Shown here piece by piece: positions 1 through 10,372 of a stretch of 64,000 nt of DNA (position 1 is its first letter; the number at the start of each line of letters is the position of its first letter). Under the pieces are notes generated by a model. The model did no database searches, had not been told where the DNA came from, and was given only the letters and a program-made list of their open reading frames with translations. Source of the stretch: an uncultured Candidatus Saccharibacteria bacterium (GTDB lineage: Bacteria; Patescibacteriota; WWE3; UBA101185; UBA10185); NCBI GenBank assembly GCA_964540135.1, contig CAZILK010000002.1, forward strand, positions 33,074-97,073, given 5' to 3'. The position numbers were made by a program, and so were the translations under genes.

Positions 1-2
1 AT

Positions 3-125
3 ACGGACAGAGAAATTGTAGATGAAGCTAGGGCTCAAGCAGAAGAAGGTAGTTTCCCACTTGGTTCATTTACCGGAAATATTGGGCAACTTTTACTTAA
101 AGATTACGGTCCTAAGACTAGTTAG
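3..125 (+). CDS. 3' end (last 40 codons) of an unidentified plus-strand gene entering the window
   Basis: Open frame from the window edge to TAG at 123-125, converging on the recR stop. No recognisable motif in the fragment. Confidence 0.3.
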   Translation, partial: TDREIVDEARAQAEEGSFPLGSFTGNIGQLLLKDYGPKTS

Positions 126-742
126 AACTCCCCTCTCCCCTCAAGAGCACGACTTAGAGTGTTATCATCTGCATATTCAATATCACCACCAACCGGAAGT
201 CCTCTTGCGATTCTTGTTATTTTTACTCTTGTTCCAAAGTCTTGGTTTTTAAGGAGTTTTGAAATATACATAGCTGTTGATTCCCCTTCCATACCTGTAT
301 TTGTTGAAAGAATTATTTCCACTGTTTTAGTTTCATCTGTAAGTAGTTTGATAACTCTTTCAAGAAGGCTATCGATGTAGAGTTCTTCAGGTCCTATATT
401 TTCAAGCGGGTTAACAAGCCCGTGAAGAACATGGTATGTTCCTTTATAACCAGTCTTTTCAAATGCAAAGACATCTAAAGGTCCTGCTACAACAGCAATT
501 GTGTATTTGTCTCGCGAGTAATCAGAGCAGATACTGCAGAATGCTGATTCTGCAATGTTTTTACAGGTATCGCATTTTTGAATATTAGTTTTTAAATTTA
601 GAAATGAATTTCCCATCTTTTCAAGTTCACTTTGTGGGAAGTTTAAAAGGTAAAACGTGAGTCTTTGAGCAGTTTTTGGTCCAATACCTGGTAAACGTTC
701 AAAGGTTTCTATTAGGTTTGTCAGGGATTTTGGTATTTTCAC
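122..742 (-). CDS. recR: Recombination protein RecR
   Basis: N-terminal HhH motif 'LPGIGPKTAQRL', C4 zinc finger (CDTC...CSIC) and a Toprim-like C-terminus. Classic ~200-aa RecR architecture, immediately downstream of dnaX. Confidence 0.9.
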   Translation of the reverse strand: MKIPKSLTNLIETFERLPGIGPKTAQRLTFYLLNFPQSELEKMGNSFLNLKTNIQKCDTCKNIAESAFCSICSDYSRDKYTIAVVAGPLDVFAFEKTGYKGTYHVLHGLVNPLENIGPEELYIDSLLERVIKLLTDETKTVEIILSTNTGMEGESTAMYISKLLKNQDFGTRVKITRIARGLPVGGDIEYADDNTLSRALEGRGEF

Positions 743-755
743 GAGTCAAATTGTC

Positions 756-2426
756 CTACATCGGAAGGCCGCCGTCAAAGATATTAACTAAATTTTCAGG
801 ACTGACGTTATTAATAGATGTTCCAACAACAGGACTTATATTCATATCGGTTAGTTCCCCAACTTCAAATTTATTTTTTGTTTCGGGTTTAACACTTGAT
901 AAAACACATCGAATACCTTTGATACGGGAGAAATGTGCTTTAACGACTTCTTCAACAAGAGCTTTATTTTTTGAATTTTCAAGCCTTTCTTTGTGAAACT
1001 TATAAACAACCTCAAGAATAAGTTCACCTGAATCGTAATTAATGGGTTTACAGGACTTCAGGAGGGCTGAGATTGAGTTATTAATGAGAGATGCGCTGTT
1101 TACTATCTCTTCCCATTTATGAGACACCTCGTCAACCACACCGCTGTTCTCAGCTTGAAGATTATCATCCACCGCTTGAATTTCATCAGAAAGTGCTTCA
1201 CCTTTTTTATTTGCACTAGTTCTTAGAAATTCAACTGAAATACCCTTACCGTTATCTTCATCATCGTTGTCTTCAACCTGTTCTGGCGCACCTTTAGCTT
1301 TGGGACTAGGTTTATCTGTCTGCTTTGTTTTTGTGCTCTCTTCTTCTTTGAAATCCGAGCAGAGTCTTGCAACTGCTATCTCAAGCGGTAGTTCATGAAT
1401 TGGATATGACTTTATTCTGCTCTGGGCTTCAGCAAAAGTCTCAAGCATCTCAACCAGTCTTGCAGGAGTTAATGAATTAGCTTGTTTTTTGGCAAGCTCT
1501 TGATCAAAACTTTCTTGCTGGATTCCGGATTTTGTAAATAGAAGAGATCGTAAGTAGAAAAGAAGATCACTTGTCCAGGATGTAAGATCAATACCCTGCT
1601 CAGTTAAAGAATTAAGAAGACTTAAAGCTCCTTTTGTGTCTTTAGTAATAATACTTTCTGTGAAAAGACCAATTGTTGTAGCAGTTGAGAAGAAATCTTT
1701 AATTCCCCCTTCTACCGCTTGCTCCAGCATGGTTTCTGCATCTCTAAACCCACCTCGTGCAATACGGGCTATACTTGTTAGTTGTGAGAGAAGTATCTTT
1801 TCTTTACCTTTTAATTGGGCGAGTTCTTCTTCTGTTTTTACAACCTGAATTCCCTCAGCTTTGCAAATTAACTCCATCTTAGTGACAAGTTGAGCAATTG
1901 TTGCCCTCTTAAACTTAAACACCTGACACCTGGATTTTATTGTGTCCGGAACTTTATGTTCCTCAGTTGTGCAGAGTATAAAAACAGCATGTTTCGGAGG
2001 CTCTTCAAGAGTTTTTAGTAAAGCGTTAAATGCTTCGGTTGTTAACATGTGAACTTCATCTATGATATAGATTTTCTTAAGGCCGTTTACCGGCGTTAGT
2101 TTAACCTTTTCACGCAGTGCTCTTATATCATCAATACCTCTATTGCTTGCTGCATCAATCTCTATGAGATCAATAAAAGACCCGTTTTGCATCTCAATAC
2201 AGTTAGGGCATTTACAGCATGGGTCGCCAGTTTTAAGAAGATTTGTACAATTTAAAGCTTTTGCAAGAACTCTAGCTGTTGTTGTTTTTCCAGTACCTCT
2301 TGAGCCTATAAATAAATAGGCGTGGGCTGTTTTACCTGTTGTTAGTTGCTTTGCAATTGCTACTGAAACCTCATTTGGTTGTGATATTTCTGTAAAAGTC
2401 TGTGGGCGGTATTTTGTATAGTACAT
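756..2426 (-). CDS. dnaX: DNA polymerase III subunit gamma/tau
   Basis: Starts 'YRPQTFTEI...'. Walker A 'GSRGTGKTT', zinc module 'CCKCPNC', 'IIDEVHML' box and sensor 'SRC'. Acidic low-complexity C-terminus. Confidence 0.9.
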   Translation of the reverse strand: MYYTKYRPQTFTEISQPNEVSVAIAKQLTTGKTAHAYLFIGSRGTGKTTTARVLAKALNCTNLLKTGDPCCKCPNCIEMQNGSFIDLIEIDAASNRGIDDIRALREKVKLTPVNGLKKIYIIDEVHMLTTEAFNALLKTLEEPPKHAVFILCTTEEHKVPDTIKSRCQVFKFKRATIAQLVTKMELICKAEGIQVVKTEEELAQLKGKEKILLSQLTSIARIARGGFRDAETMLEQAVEGGIKDFFSTATTIGLFTESIITKDTKGALSLLNSLTEQGIDLTSWTSDLLFYLRSLLFTKSGIQQESFDQELAKKQANSLTPARLVEMLETFAEAQSRIKSYPIHELPLEIAVARLCSDFKEEESTKTKQTDKPSPKAKGAPEQVEDNDDEDNGKGISVEFLRTSANKKGEALSDEIQAVDDNLQAENSGVVDEVSHKWEEIVNSASLINNSISALLKSCKPINYDSGELILEVVYKFHKERLENSKNKALVEEVVKAHFSRIKGIRCVLSSVKPETKNKFEVGELTDMNISPVVGTSINNVSPENLVNIFDGGLPM

Positions 2427-2437
2427 AGATTTTCAGT

Positions 2438-2962
2438 TTAAAGCGTTTTTACAAAAGTTTCAAAGCTTTTTAATATTTGCTCTTCTTCCTCACGAAGAAA
2501 GTTTTGCAGTACATAGTTTTCGATATCAAATTGAGCTTGTGCGGGTCTTCCAACCCCAACTCTTATTCTATAAAAATCAAGAGTACCAATATGCTCTTTA
2601 ATACTTTCAATTCCATGGTGTCCGGCAGACCCACTATTTTTGGCAAGTTTAATCCTGCCAAGTTCTAAATCAACATCGTCATGAATAACAACAAGATCCG
2701 CAGGACTCTTTTTATAAAAGTTCAAAATCTTACTAACTGCTTCACCAGAATTGTTCATAAATGTCTGCGGTTTTGCAAAAATACTAGAGTCGGTTTTTAT
2801 AATCAAGGATTTGAACTGAGCCTGCTTAAGCCATGTATCAGTTCCGTGAACAAAAAAGGTGTCCAAGATTATAAATCCTATATTGTGTCTTGTGTTTGTA
2901 TATTTTTCACCAGGATTGCCAAGCCCTACAATAAGTTTATTTGAAAAAAAAGGACTACTCAT
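2438..2962 (-). CDS. pth: Peptidyl-tRNA hydrolase
   Basis: Motif 'LIVGLGNPGEKYTNTRHNIGF' is typical of Pth. Start moved to the internal Met (M28), which gives the canonical N-terminus. Confidence 0.85.
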   Translation of the reverse strand: MSSPFFSNKLIVGLGNPGEKYTNTRHNIGFIILDTFFVHGTDTWLKQAQFKSLIIKTDSSIFAKPQTFMNNSGEAVSKILNFYKKSPADLVVIHDDVDLELGRIKLAKNSGSAGHHGIESIKEHIGTLDFYRIRVGVGRPAQAQFDIENYVLQNFLREEEEQILKSFETFVKTL

Positions 2963-3263
2963 CTCCATCATGATGCACCCCCAACAGGTGAAGCATGCCG
3001 TGCCCAACAAGTTCCGAAACTTCTTCTTCAACTGAATTACCATACTTACCTGCTTGTCTTTGTGCTTGATCTTTGTTTACAACAATATCCCCTAAAAAAT
3101 AATCCCCTTCATGCTCTTCATCTATGTTAAATGACAAAACATCAGTTGGATAATCTCGCTTAAGGTATTTTTTGTTGAGTTTTTGGATTTCAACATCACC
3201 AACAACAGAAACAGAAACAACAAGTTTGTTTTTTTTGTTTAACTCAGGCTTTTTTGTAAACAT
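2955..3263 (-). CDS. ybeY: rRNA maturation endoribonuclease YbeY
   Basis: Metal-binding motif 'HGMLHLLGVHH' (H-x-x-x-H-x-x-G-x-x-H) at the C-terminus. Small size typical of YbeY. Confidence 0.75.
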   Translation of the reverse strand: MFTKKPELNKKNKLVVSVSVVGDVEIQKLNKKYLKRDYPTDVLSFNIDEEHEGDYFLGDIVVNKDQAQRQAGKYGNSVEEEVSELVGHGMLHLLGVHHDGDE

Positions 3264-3272
3264 AAGCCCCTG

Positions 3273-3470
3273 TTATTTACTCTTTTTTGTTCCGGTTAAA
3301 ATATACTTTCGAACTCGCTCTTTTAAGAGTTGTCTTCTAAGTTCACTTGGTTTGTAGTATCTTTCACGTTTCTTAAGTTCTTTTAAAACACCTGCTCTAT
3401 GTACTTCTCTGTTAAATCTCTTAAGAGCTGCGTCAAAAGATTCGTTATTTCTAATTTTTACTTTTGTCAT
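3273..3470 (-). CDS. rpsU: 30S ribosomal protein S21
   Basis: 65 aa, highly basic. 'VKIRNNESFDAALKRFNREV...KPSELRRQ' matches the S21 family pattern. Confidence 0.85.
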   Translation of the reverse strand: MTKVKIRNNESFDAALKRFNREVHRAGVLKELKKRERYYKPSELRRQLLKERVRKYILTGTKKSK

Positions 3471-3527
3471 ATTTATGGCAGACTAAATAGTTGTCTGCTA
3501 AATTACACCCCCAAACTATTTTTAATT

Positions 3528-3878
3528 CTATGTTTCACCTAACGGTTCTGTTTTTGAGCCACCTAGCAAATGAAAGTGCTCGTGCTCAAAATGGTTATAC
3601 CCGGCACCATTGTTTACCAATTTATAACCAGTCTTGTCAAGCCCTAGTAGCTTAACAGTTTCATAGATTGACATAAACATCTTATCCCAATAACCTTCTG
3701 AACTATAATCCCCTGCTAAGGTATTTTGTTTCTCTCTATGCTGTTTATCTAGAATTAAAACATGAACCGGAGCTTTTGGGAACTTATTATGAATTACCAA
3801 AAAGTCTTCTGACTCATATACCTTGCGACTAGGCTCGCTACCGTCAATTATTGAACAAAATAAACAAGATGCTGACAC
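3528..3878 (-). CDS. HIT-family (histidine triad) nucleotide hydrolase
   Basis: N-terminal 'CLFCSII' and C-terminal histidine triad 'HEHFHLL' (HxHxHxx). Confidence 0.75.
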   Translation of the reverse strand: MSASCLFCSIIDGSEPSRKVYESEDFLVIHNKFPKAPVHVLILDKQHREKQNTLAGDYSSEGYWDKMFMSIYETVKLLGLDKTGYKLVNNGAGYNHFEHEHFHLLGGSKTEPLGET

Positions 3879-3941
3879 ACACCCAGTATATGCTAGTATC
3901 GGAGCTTAAGGCAAGTTTAGAGACTGTGTGCAAGTGCTTAT

Positions 3942-5078
3942 TTAAAAGCTAAAAACAGATGCTATATCTTTTACTGTAACAAGAACGATTAGTCCAAGAA
4001 GAGCTATCATGCCCCACTTATGCATAAAGTTTTCGATAGCTGGAGAAACCTTTTTACGCGTTACACTCTCGATGAGGACAAAAACAAGTCTACCACCGTC
4101 AAGCGCTGGGAATGGCATGATATTTAAAAAGGCAAGACTTAACGAGAGTACAGCCATCAAGTCTATAATACCTAAGAAAGCCTCTTTCCCGCCATAATCC
4201 AAAATACTACCAACAACACCAAAGATACCAATTGGTCCCGATACTGATTCGGATAACCCGCTTGCGTCTTTTTCTTTAACTGAAGTACTTACAATACTTC
4301 CCATCGTAGACATGCTGTAAGACAAGATATTGTAGGAGTGCAAAACTCCAGCTAGAGCTTTATTGGAGCCTTCATACGACAAAGTTACAGCTTTACTTAA
4401 AGCAACTCCTAGAAGCCCCTCTCCTTTATCATTTGAGATAGTAGTTAATTCAACTGTTTTAAGTGTTCTTTTAAGGCTGATTACATCCATCACAAGGACT
4501 TTTATCTTCTGATTAGGTTTTGCTTTTAATTTCTCTTTAATGTCAGTTACTGTGTAAACAGGTTCTCCATTAATCTCAATAACTGCCTCCCCTACTTCAA
4601 GGCCTGCTTTTTTGGCAAGTGAATTTGGAGCAAAACCACTAATTACTGTATTTGTGATCTTTTCTTGGCCAAATTTGAAATCATAATCAAAAAGAAGAGG
4701 CATAGTGAGTGATTTAAAATTGGTAAAGGTGAAAAAGACGTAATACAAAACAATACCAAGTAAAACATTCATTGAGACTCCTGCAACAAGAACTACAGCC
4801 CTTTGCCATGGCTTTTTAGCTGAAAAACTTCTTGGATCATAAACTGTTTGAGATGTTTCGTCCGCGTCTTCGCCAAGGAGTTTTACAAAACCCCCGAAAG
4901 GCAAAGCATTGATTGAGTAAAGTGTTTCGCCTCGTTTTTTACCCCAAATTCTTGGCGGGAGACCAAAACCAAACTCTTCAACCTTTATACCAAAACCTTT
5001 TGCTGTAATAAAATGGCCAAACTCGTGTATAAACACAAGAGTAGATAGGATTAAAAAAAAGATTAAAAATGTAAACAT
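3942..5078 (-). CDS. rseP: Site-2 protease family zinc metalloprotease (RseP-like, M50 with PDZ)
   Basis: 'HEFGHF' HExxH motif in the first TM helix, central PDZ-like segment, and C-terminal 'LNIMPFPALDGGR' (LDG motif). Confidence 0.8.
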   Translation of the reverse strand: MFTFLIFFLILSTLVFIHEFGHFITAKGFGIKVEEFGFGLPPRIWGKKRGETLYSINALPFGGFVKLLGEDADETSQTVYDPRSFSAKKPWQRAVVLVAGVSMNVLLGIVLYYVFFTFTNFKSLTMPLLFDYDFKFGQEKITNTVISGFAPNSLAKKAGLEVGEAVIEINGEPVYTVTDIKEKLKAKPNQKIKVLVMDVISLKRTLKTVELTTISNDKGEGLLGVALSKAVTLSYEGSNKALAGVLHSYNILSYSMSTMGSIVSTSVKEKDASGLSESVSGPIGIFGVVGSILDYGGKEAFLGIIDLMAVLSLSLAFLNIMPFPALDGGRLVFVLIESVTRKKVSPAIENFMHKWGMIALLGLIVLVTVKDIASVFSF

Positions 5079-5085
5079 AGGTTAA

Positions 5086-5634
5086 TTAGATTTCAAGAAT
5101 TGCTTGTCTTTTGCTTTCCCCAATCTCGGTAACTTCTGAGATCTTATCTTTCACAATCTTTTCTACTTCTTCTTTTTGTGCAAATTTTTCATCTTCGCCA
5201 ATTTCTTTATCAGTAAACAATTTATCCACATATTTAATAGCGTCTTGTCTAATATTACGCATTGACTGCCTTGCCTGCTCCATTTTGGTATTTATTACCT
5301 TTGCAAACTCTTCTCTTCTTTCCTCAGAAAGTGGTGGGATTGGAATTCTTAAAACACCATCTGCTGAAACCGGATTTAATTTAAGATCGCTATTTCTAAT
5401 TGCTTTATCAATAAGTGCGAGAACACTTTTATCCCAGGGGGACACTACAATTAGTTGTGGTTCTGGAACTGAAATTGTTGCAAGTTCTTTTACTTTCATA
5501 ACAGTACCGTAAGCTTCAATACCCATATCTTCAATTAGGGTTGGGCTTGCTCTCCCTGTTCTAACCTGAGAAATATCAGTCTTGAAAAACTCTATTGCAC
5601 TGTCTAGTTTTTTGATTAATTCGTTTTTAGTCAT
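5086..5634 (-). CDS. frr: Ribosome recycling factor
   Basis: 182 aa. 'QVRTGRASPTLIEDM' and the coiled-coil arm are typical of Frr. Sits in rpsB-tsf-frr synteny. Confidence 0.9.
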   Translation of the reverse strand: MTKNELIKKLDSAIEFFKTDISQVRTGRASPTLIEDMGIEAYGTVMKVKELATISVPEPQLIVVSPWDKSVLALIDKAIRNSDLKLNPVSADGVLRIPIPPLSEERREEFAKVINTKMEQARQSMRNIRQDAIKYVDKLFTDKEIGEDEKFAQKEEVEKIVKDKISEVTEIGESKRQAILEI

Positions 5635-5637
5635 TAA

Positions 5638-6096
5638 TTATTCTTTAACAGCGTATCTAACAAATCGGCTCAGTTCTATTTTTTCACCAATTTTGGCAAT
5701 TGCTTGATTAATGAGATCTGCGATCTTAAGTGATGGATCTTTAATGTAGGTATCAGCCAAAACTTCTTCAACTGTTTCGTATTTAATTGCACAAACTTGC
5801 TTTGCAAGACTATTAGCAAGTTCAATAAAATCAGCATTTTTAGCAACAAAGTCAGTTTCACATGATAGATGGACAAGGCTTGCCATTTTACCGCCTGCAT
5901 GAACATAAGAAGCTATAACGCCTTCAAGCGTTGTCCTGTCAGCTTTTTTTAAAGCTTTGCTGAGGCTATTTTTCATAAGGTATTCTTTAGCTTTTGAAAA
6001 ATCCCCGCCTACCTCGTCAAGTGCTTTTTTAGCATCCATAACTCCAGCACCAGTCTCTTCTCGTAGTTTTTTTATATCTTCTGTTGATACTGCCAT
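5638..6096 (-). CDS. tsf: Elongation factor Ts (short form)
   Basis: N-terminal UBA-like 'IKKLREETGAGVMDAKKAL' signature. Located between rpsB and frr. Confidence 0.85.
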   Translation of the reverse strand: MAVSTEDIKKLREETGAGVMDAKKALDEVGGDFSKAKEYLMKNSLSKALKKADRTTLEGVIASYVHAGGKMASLVHLSCETDFVAKNADFIELANSLAKQVCAIKYETVEEVLADTYIKDPSLKIADLINQAIAKIGEKIELSRFVRYAVKE

Positions 6097-6141
6097 AAAA
6101 TTCTCCTTTTCAAAAAAATATTATCAGGTTTAAACTTTCGT

Positions 6142-7014
6142 TTAAAGGTCTTTTGCAAGTTCTTCATCTTTTGTTTCTTCTTTTGTGATGTGAACTGCTT
6201 GAGCTGTTGTAACTGTAAGCTTAGCAAGATCCAGTTCTTCTTGTACTTTTACTTCTTCGGCTTCGATGTCAGCTTTTATTTTGGCGTCTTTGGCGAGTTT
6301 ATCCTCTGCTTGTTTAGCAAACTCTTTATAACCTGCCTCTATCGCATCTGCAAAAGCTTTCAAAATAATACCGATTGAGCGCATAGCGTCGTCATTTCCC
6401 GGAACAGGGTACTTAACAAGTTTAGGATCGGTATTTGTATCAATAAGCGCGAATACCGGTATGCCAATATTATTACCTTCTTTTAAGGCTGTCTTTTCTT
6501 TCCTAGCATCTATTAAAACAAGCGCGTCAGGATTGCCGGTGAGTGACGTAAGACCGCCAAAGTATTTTTCAAGCTTCTCTATATCACGGTCAAGAAGTAG
6601 TCGTTCTTTTTTGGTGTACATAGCAAAATCCCCTTTTTCTCTTTTCTCTTTAAGTTCAAGGAGTTTTTTTATGCTTTTTCTTAGCATTGGGAAATTGGTT
6701 ATTGTTCCACCAAGCCATCTTTCGGTAACATATAAAGCGCCACATCGTTGTGCCTCAAGAGCTAAAATGTCTTTCGCTTGTCTTTTGGTACCAACAAAAA
6801 CTATCTTCTTGCCTGTCTTCGCAAGCTCAAACAATGCGTCGCAAGCTTCTTCAAGCTTTGCGACAGTCTTCTCAAGATCAAAGATATGAACACCTTGCTT
6901 GTTGGTGTAGATATACTCAAACATATTAGGATGCCATCTTTTAACTTGGTGCCCTATATGAACTCTTGATTCAATTAGGTCTGTAATACTTGGTATTTTA
7001 TAATTTTTTGCCAT
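6142..7014 (-). CDS. rpsB: 30S ribosomal protein S2
   Basis: 'HIGHQVKRWHPNM', 'VFVGTKRQA', 'VLIDARKE' S2 signatures. Lysine/glutamate-rich C-terminal tail. Confidence 0.9.
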   Translation of the reverse strand: MAKNYKIPSITDLIESRVHIGHQVKRWHPNMFEYIYTNKQGVHIFDLEKTVAKLEEACDALFELAKTGKKIVFVGTKRQAKDILALEAQRCGALYVTERWLGGTITNFPMLRKSIKKLLELKEKREKGDFAMYTKKERLLLDRDIEKLEKYFGGLTSLTGNPDALVLIDARKEKTALKEGNNIGIPVFALIDTNTDPKLVKYPVPGNDDAMRSIGIILKAFADAIEAGYKEFAKQAEDKLAKDAKIKADIEAEEVKVQEELDLAKLTVTTAQAVHITKEETKDEELAKDL

Positions 7015-7213
7015 GTTTTTTCAGTTAAGCTTGGGGTAAAGGATAGAAAACACAATGTAAGTTATTCAAACAAACAAAGTTAATGTTTTCTCTCTTTTAC
7101 TTTTGGCTTTATAAATAAGTATCAAAAAAGCCTCACCTGCAGGTTGTCAACCAGAGAGTTGCAGGTACTCAGGAAACTTAGCATAAAAACTGCTTGGTTT
7201 CAAGATGTTTGCC

Positions 7214-7999
7214 CTATTTCCACTGCCACGATGCTATCAAGGTAGCAAGATCTTGTTGCTGACCGAGCTGAAGTTCTGGATCAAGATACCCGTCTTGAAC
7301 AGTCATTAGCTGAAAATTCCGAGCCGGAAAACCTGAAACGTTATACTCTTTTGGCGCCAAAACAAAGATATGCACCGATTTAACAAGATTAACTGCGTTG
7401 CCTTCAATAACTTTCATAGCATCAACACCACCAAGTTTGATAGCCTCTTCTTCAAAAGTAACAGTTGGCGATGTTTTAAGTGTATTTGCAATAAACTTGT
7501 CAGCCATTTGCTTTGGGGTTGCCCCGTCTTGTACAACTGCAAGAGTTATATTAACGCTGAAAGGATAAGCTTGATTGGTTGAAATGTACTGTAAACATGA
7601 ATTATCTTCACCGGCATTGTGGTTCATCGGGATAAAAAGCGAGTAGCAAAGAGTTTCTTTAGGTACATAGCCTGGAAAATCACCAGCTACAGGTGGTTCT
7701 TGTTCCGGCGCTGCCGGAGTTTGAGAACTATCACTGTCCGAGGATCGTTCTTGCTTAAACACACTTACCTCAGGTGGGGTAGTAGTTTGCTTCGCATCCA
7801 TTACCCCAGGATCTGATGGCGGAAGCACGTTTACGCCAGTTTGTTTATTAAACAAAAGGAGTGAACCAAAAACACTAACTATTACAATCAATGCAACAAG
7901 CAATATAGCTACCCCAACAAGTAGTTTGGTGTTGCTGCTTTTATGTATCTGCAAAGGTTCATTTTGAGTTTCAAGGGTGTTCTGAGGTTGTATCTCCAT
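7214..7999 (-). CDS. Hypothetical membrane-anchored protein (N-terminal TM, Pro/Ser-rich linker, extracytoplasmic domain)
   Basis: Long ORF with a single hydrophobic helix 'LLVGVAILLVALIVIVSVFG'. No recognisable catalytic motif. Confidence 0.5.
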   Translation of the reverse strand: MEIQPQNTLETQNEPLQIHKSSNTKLLVGVAILLVALIVIVSVFGSLLLFNKQTGVNVLPPSDPGVMDAKQTTTPPEVSVFKQERSSDSDSSQTPAAPEQEPPVAGDFPGYVPKETLCYSLFIPMNHNAGEDNSCLQYISTNQAYPFSVNITLAVVQDGATPKQMADKFIANTLKTSPTVTFEEEAIKLGGVDAMKVIEGNAVNLVKSVHIFVLAPKEYNVSGFPARNFQLMTVQDGYLDPELQLGQQQDLATLIASWQWK

Positions 8000-8096
8000 A
8001 GCAAAATAATAACTGTGGAGATTTTCAAAGTCAATTTATTTAAAGAATAGATTATGCCTAAATTACAAGTCTGGTTATTAGTTAAAAAGAGCAACT

Positions 8097-10346
8097 CTAC
8101 TTTGTTGGTTTTGCTATCTTTTTAGCTTTTCTAACAGCCTTCTTAGGCTTTGCAATCTTCTTTTTTACTTCTTCTGGAGGCTGTAACACGAGTGGTTGGA
8201 CCTTTTTTAATCCCGGCTCATATACAGTATCAGCTGTTGGTATTTTCCAGCTAGCGAAATCACACTCTGGGTATCTACTGCAGCCATAAAAGTTACGACG
8301 TTTTGCTTTTTTAATGACAACGTCCCCTTCTTTACACTTAGGACAACTAACGCCAATCTTTTGAAGATATGGTTTTGCATTTTTGCATTTAGGATAATTT
8401 GAACAGGCTAAAAACTTTCCAAATTTTCCTTGTCTTATTATCATCTTGCCATCATTACACAGGTCACAGGCACCAAAATCTTCATGTTCTTCATTCTCAT
8501 CAAGTATTGGTTTGGCAAACTTACATTCTGGAAAGCCTGAGCAGCTTAAAAATTTACCGTACTTACCTAATTTAATGAAAAGGATTTTGCCGCATTCTGG
8601 GCATTTTTCATCACTCTCGCCAAGCTTAGTCATATCAGTTTTTTTCAAAAGCAGTTCTTTCTCGGCTAAATTTTTCTCAAATGGAAAATAAAAATCTTTA
8701 ATTACTTTTTGCCACAACATTGTTCCCTCGGCAACTTTATCAAGGTCTTCTTCAACAGAGGCTGTAAATTGATAATCTACAATTGATGGGAAATGTTCAA
8801 CTAGCATATCAGAGACAACAAAAGAAACGTCTTCGGGTACAAAATACTTGCCCTCTTTTCGAACATAACCTCTACCAATAATGGTTGAGATGGTCGGTGC
8901 GTAGGTTGAGGGACGCCCTATCTCAAGCTCCTCCAGTGTTTTTACTAAAGTAGCATCAGAAAATCTTGCAGGTGGCTGAGTAAAATGCTGATTCGGATCC
9001 AGTGTCACAAGTCCTAATTTGTCACCTTCTTTAACATCTGCTTCAAAAGCGGATTCGTTTTCTTCAGATTCTTCCTGTGATAAACCAAAAAGTCTGCCTG
9101 CATCTAAGAAACCTGCAAACTTTACCTTGCTTCCGCCAGCTCTAAAAGTGTATAAACTAGATGATATAACATCTACTGACATAGTCTCGTAGACTGCTGG
9201 AACCATCTGACACTCAAGTGACCTAATATAAATTAAAGTGTAAACATTGCGTTCATAGTCTGTCAGCTTATTAAGTTCTGCGTACTTTGGCGTAATACTC
9301 AGATCAGTTGGTCTTATCGCTTCGTGTGCCTCTTGAGCATTCTTTGATTTAGTCTTATAAACTACTGCCTCATCCGGTAAAAAAGATGCACCCATATGTT
9401 TTTTAATAAATGCGCGAGCTGAGGTTAAAAATTCAGGTGACAGATTAAGAGAGTCTGTTCTGTGATATGTTATTAACCCTTTTTCAAACAACTTTTGTGC
9501 TGATGACATAGTTTGTCTGGCTTGGTAGCCAAAAATATTTGAACCTGCTTGTTGGAGAGTCGATGTTTTAAACGGTGCGCCTGGCTGTCTCTTGCGTTCA
9601 CCTATTTTAACTGCTCCAACTTTAAATGTATCTTTTTGTAAATCTTGAAAAATTTTATCTGCGGCTTGCTTGGTCTTAATATCTGCTTTCTCACCATTTA
9701 TCTGTGCCAAACTTGCTTTAAACTGCTGATCGGTTGAGGTACTAAATTTAGCATCCAGTGTCCAATATTCATCAGGAATAAATGCTCTGCGTTCTTTCTC
9801 ACGTTCTACTACAAGTCTTACTGCAACACTCTGCACTCTACCGGCAGATAAACCATACCTAACTTTTTTCCAAAGAAGGGGTGATAATTTATACCCAACA
9901 AGCCGATCAAGCACTCTTCTTCCCTGCTGCGCATCTATTAAATGTTTATTTAGTTCGGTACTATGAGCGAAGGCTTCCTCGATTGCAGACTTCGTAATTT
10001 CATGAAAGACCGCGCGTTTAAAAACTTTCTTAGCGCTCTTTTTAGTCTTCTCATTTATTATATGCTCAAGATGCCACGCAATTGCCTCTCCTTCTCGGTC
10101 AGGGTCTGTTGCGAGATAAACTATCTCAGCGTCTTTTGCATACTTAAGAAGTTCAGCTAAGTTCTTTTCAGCTTTTTCAGGAATCACATATTCCGGTTTA
10201 AAATTGTTCTCAATATCAATACCGATCTTGCTTACAGGCAAGTCTCTGATATGGCCCATTGAAGCTTTAACAACATAATCTTTTCCTAAAAATTTAGCTA
10301 AAGTTTTTGCTTTTGTTGGTGATTCTACAACAACTAGATTTTTCAT
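8097..10346 (-). CDS. topA: DNA topoisomerase I
   Basis: Toprim N-terminus 'LVVVESPTKAKTL' and catalytic Tyr region. Four C-terminal C4 zinc ribbons (CPECG, CDLC, CPKC...) and a lysine-rich tail. Start placed at the ATG that gives the canonical MKNLVVVESP N-terminus. Confidence 0.9.
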   Translation of the reverse strand: MKNLVVVESPTKAKTLAKFLGKDYVVKASMGHIRDLPVSKIGIDIENNFKPEYVIPEKAEKNLAELLKYAKDAEIVYLATDPDREGEAIAWHLEHIINEKTKKSAKKVFKRAVFHEITKSAIEEAFAHSTELNKHLIDAQQGRRVLDRLVGYKLSPLLWKKVRYGLSAGRVQSVAVRLVVEREKERRAFIPDEYWTLDAKFSTSTDQQFKASLAQINGEKADIKTKQAADKIFQDLQKDTFKVGAVKIGERKRQPGAPFKTSTLQQAGSNIFGYQARQTMSSAQKLFEKGLITYHRTDSLNLSPEFLTSARAFIKKHMGASFLPDEAVVYKTKSKNAQEAHEAIRPTDLSITPKYAELNKLTDYERNVYTLIYIRSLECQMVPAVYETMSVDVISSSLYTFRAGGSKVKFAGFLDAGRLFGLSQEESEENESAFEADVKEGDKLGLVTLDPNQHFTQPPARFSDATLVKTLEELEIGRPSTYAPTISTIIGRGYVRKEGKYFVPEDVSFVVSDMLVEHFPSIVDYQFTASVEEDLDKVAEGTMLWQKVIKDFYFPFEKNLAEKELLLKKTDMTKLGESDEKCPECGKILFIKLGKYGKFLSCSGFPECKFAKPILDENEEHEDFGACDLCNDGKMIIRQGKFGKFLACSNYPKCKNAKPYLQKIGVSCPKCKEGDVVIKKAKRRNFYGCSRYPECDFASWKIPTADTVYEPGLKKVQPLVLQPPEEVKKKIAKPKKAVRKAKKIAKPTK

Positions 10347-10372
10347 ACGTTCAAAGGATACATTATAACCTT

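Noticed and set aside
22-252. 76-aa plus-strand ORF overlapping recR
   Set aside because: It lies almost entirely antisense within the well-supported recR gene. Only its first 104 nt (to 125) can be in the real upstream plus-strand gene, which uses a different frame (3..125). Treated as spurious.
5676-5906. 76-aa ORF in an alternative frame inside tsf
   Set aside because: Fully embedded in the EF-Ts coding region on the same strand. Low-complexity Leu/Lys-rich translation. It is a reading-frame artefact.
7127-7175. Inverted repeats (CCTGCAGG/GGTTG-T-CAACC/TTGCAGG) followed by a T-run on the minus strand downstream of the 7214-7999 gene
   Set aside because: It could be a terminator, but the stem is short and imperfect, the loop is large, and the T-run is offset by 6 nt. 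Too ambiguous to call.
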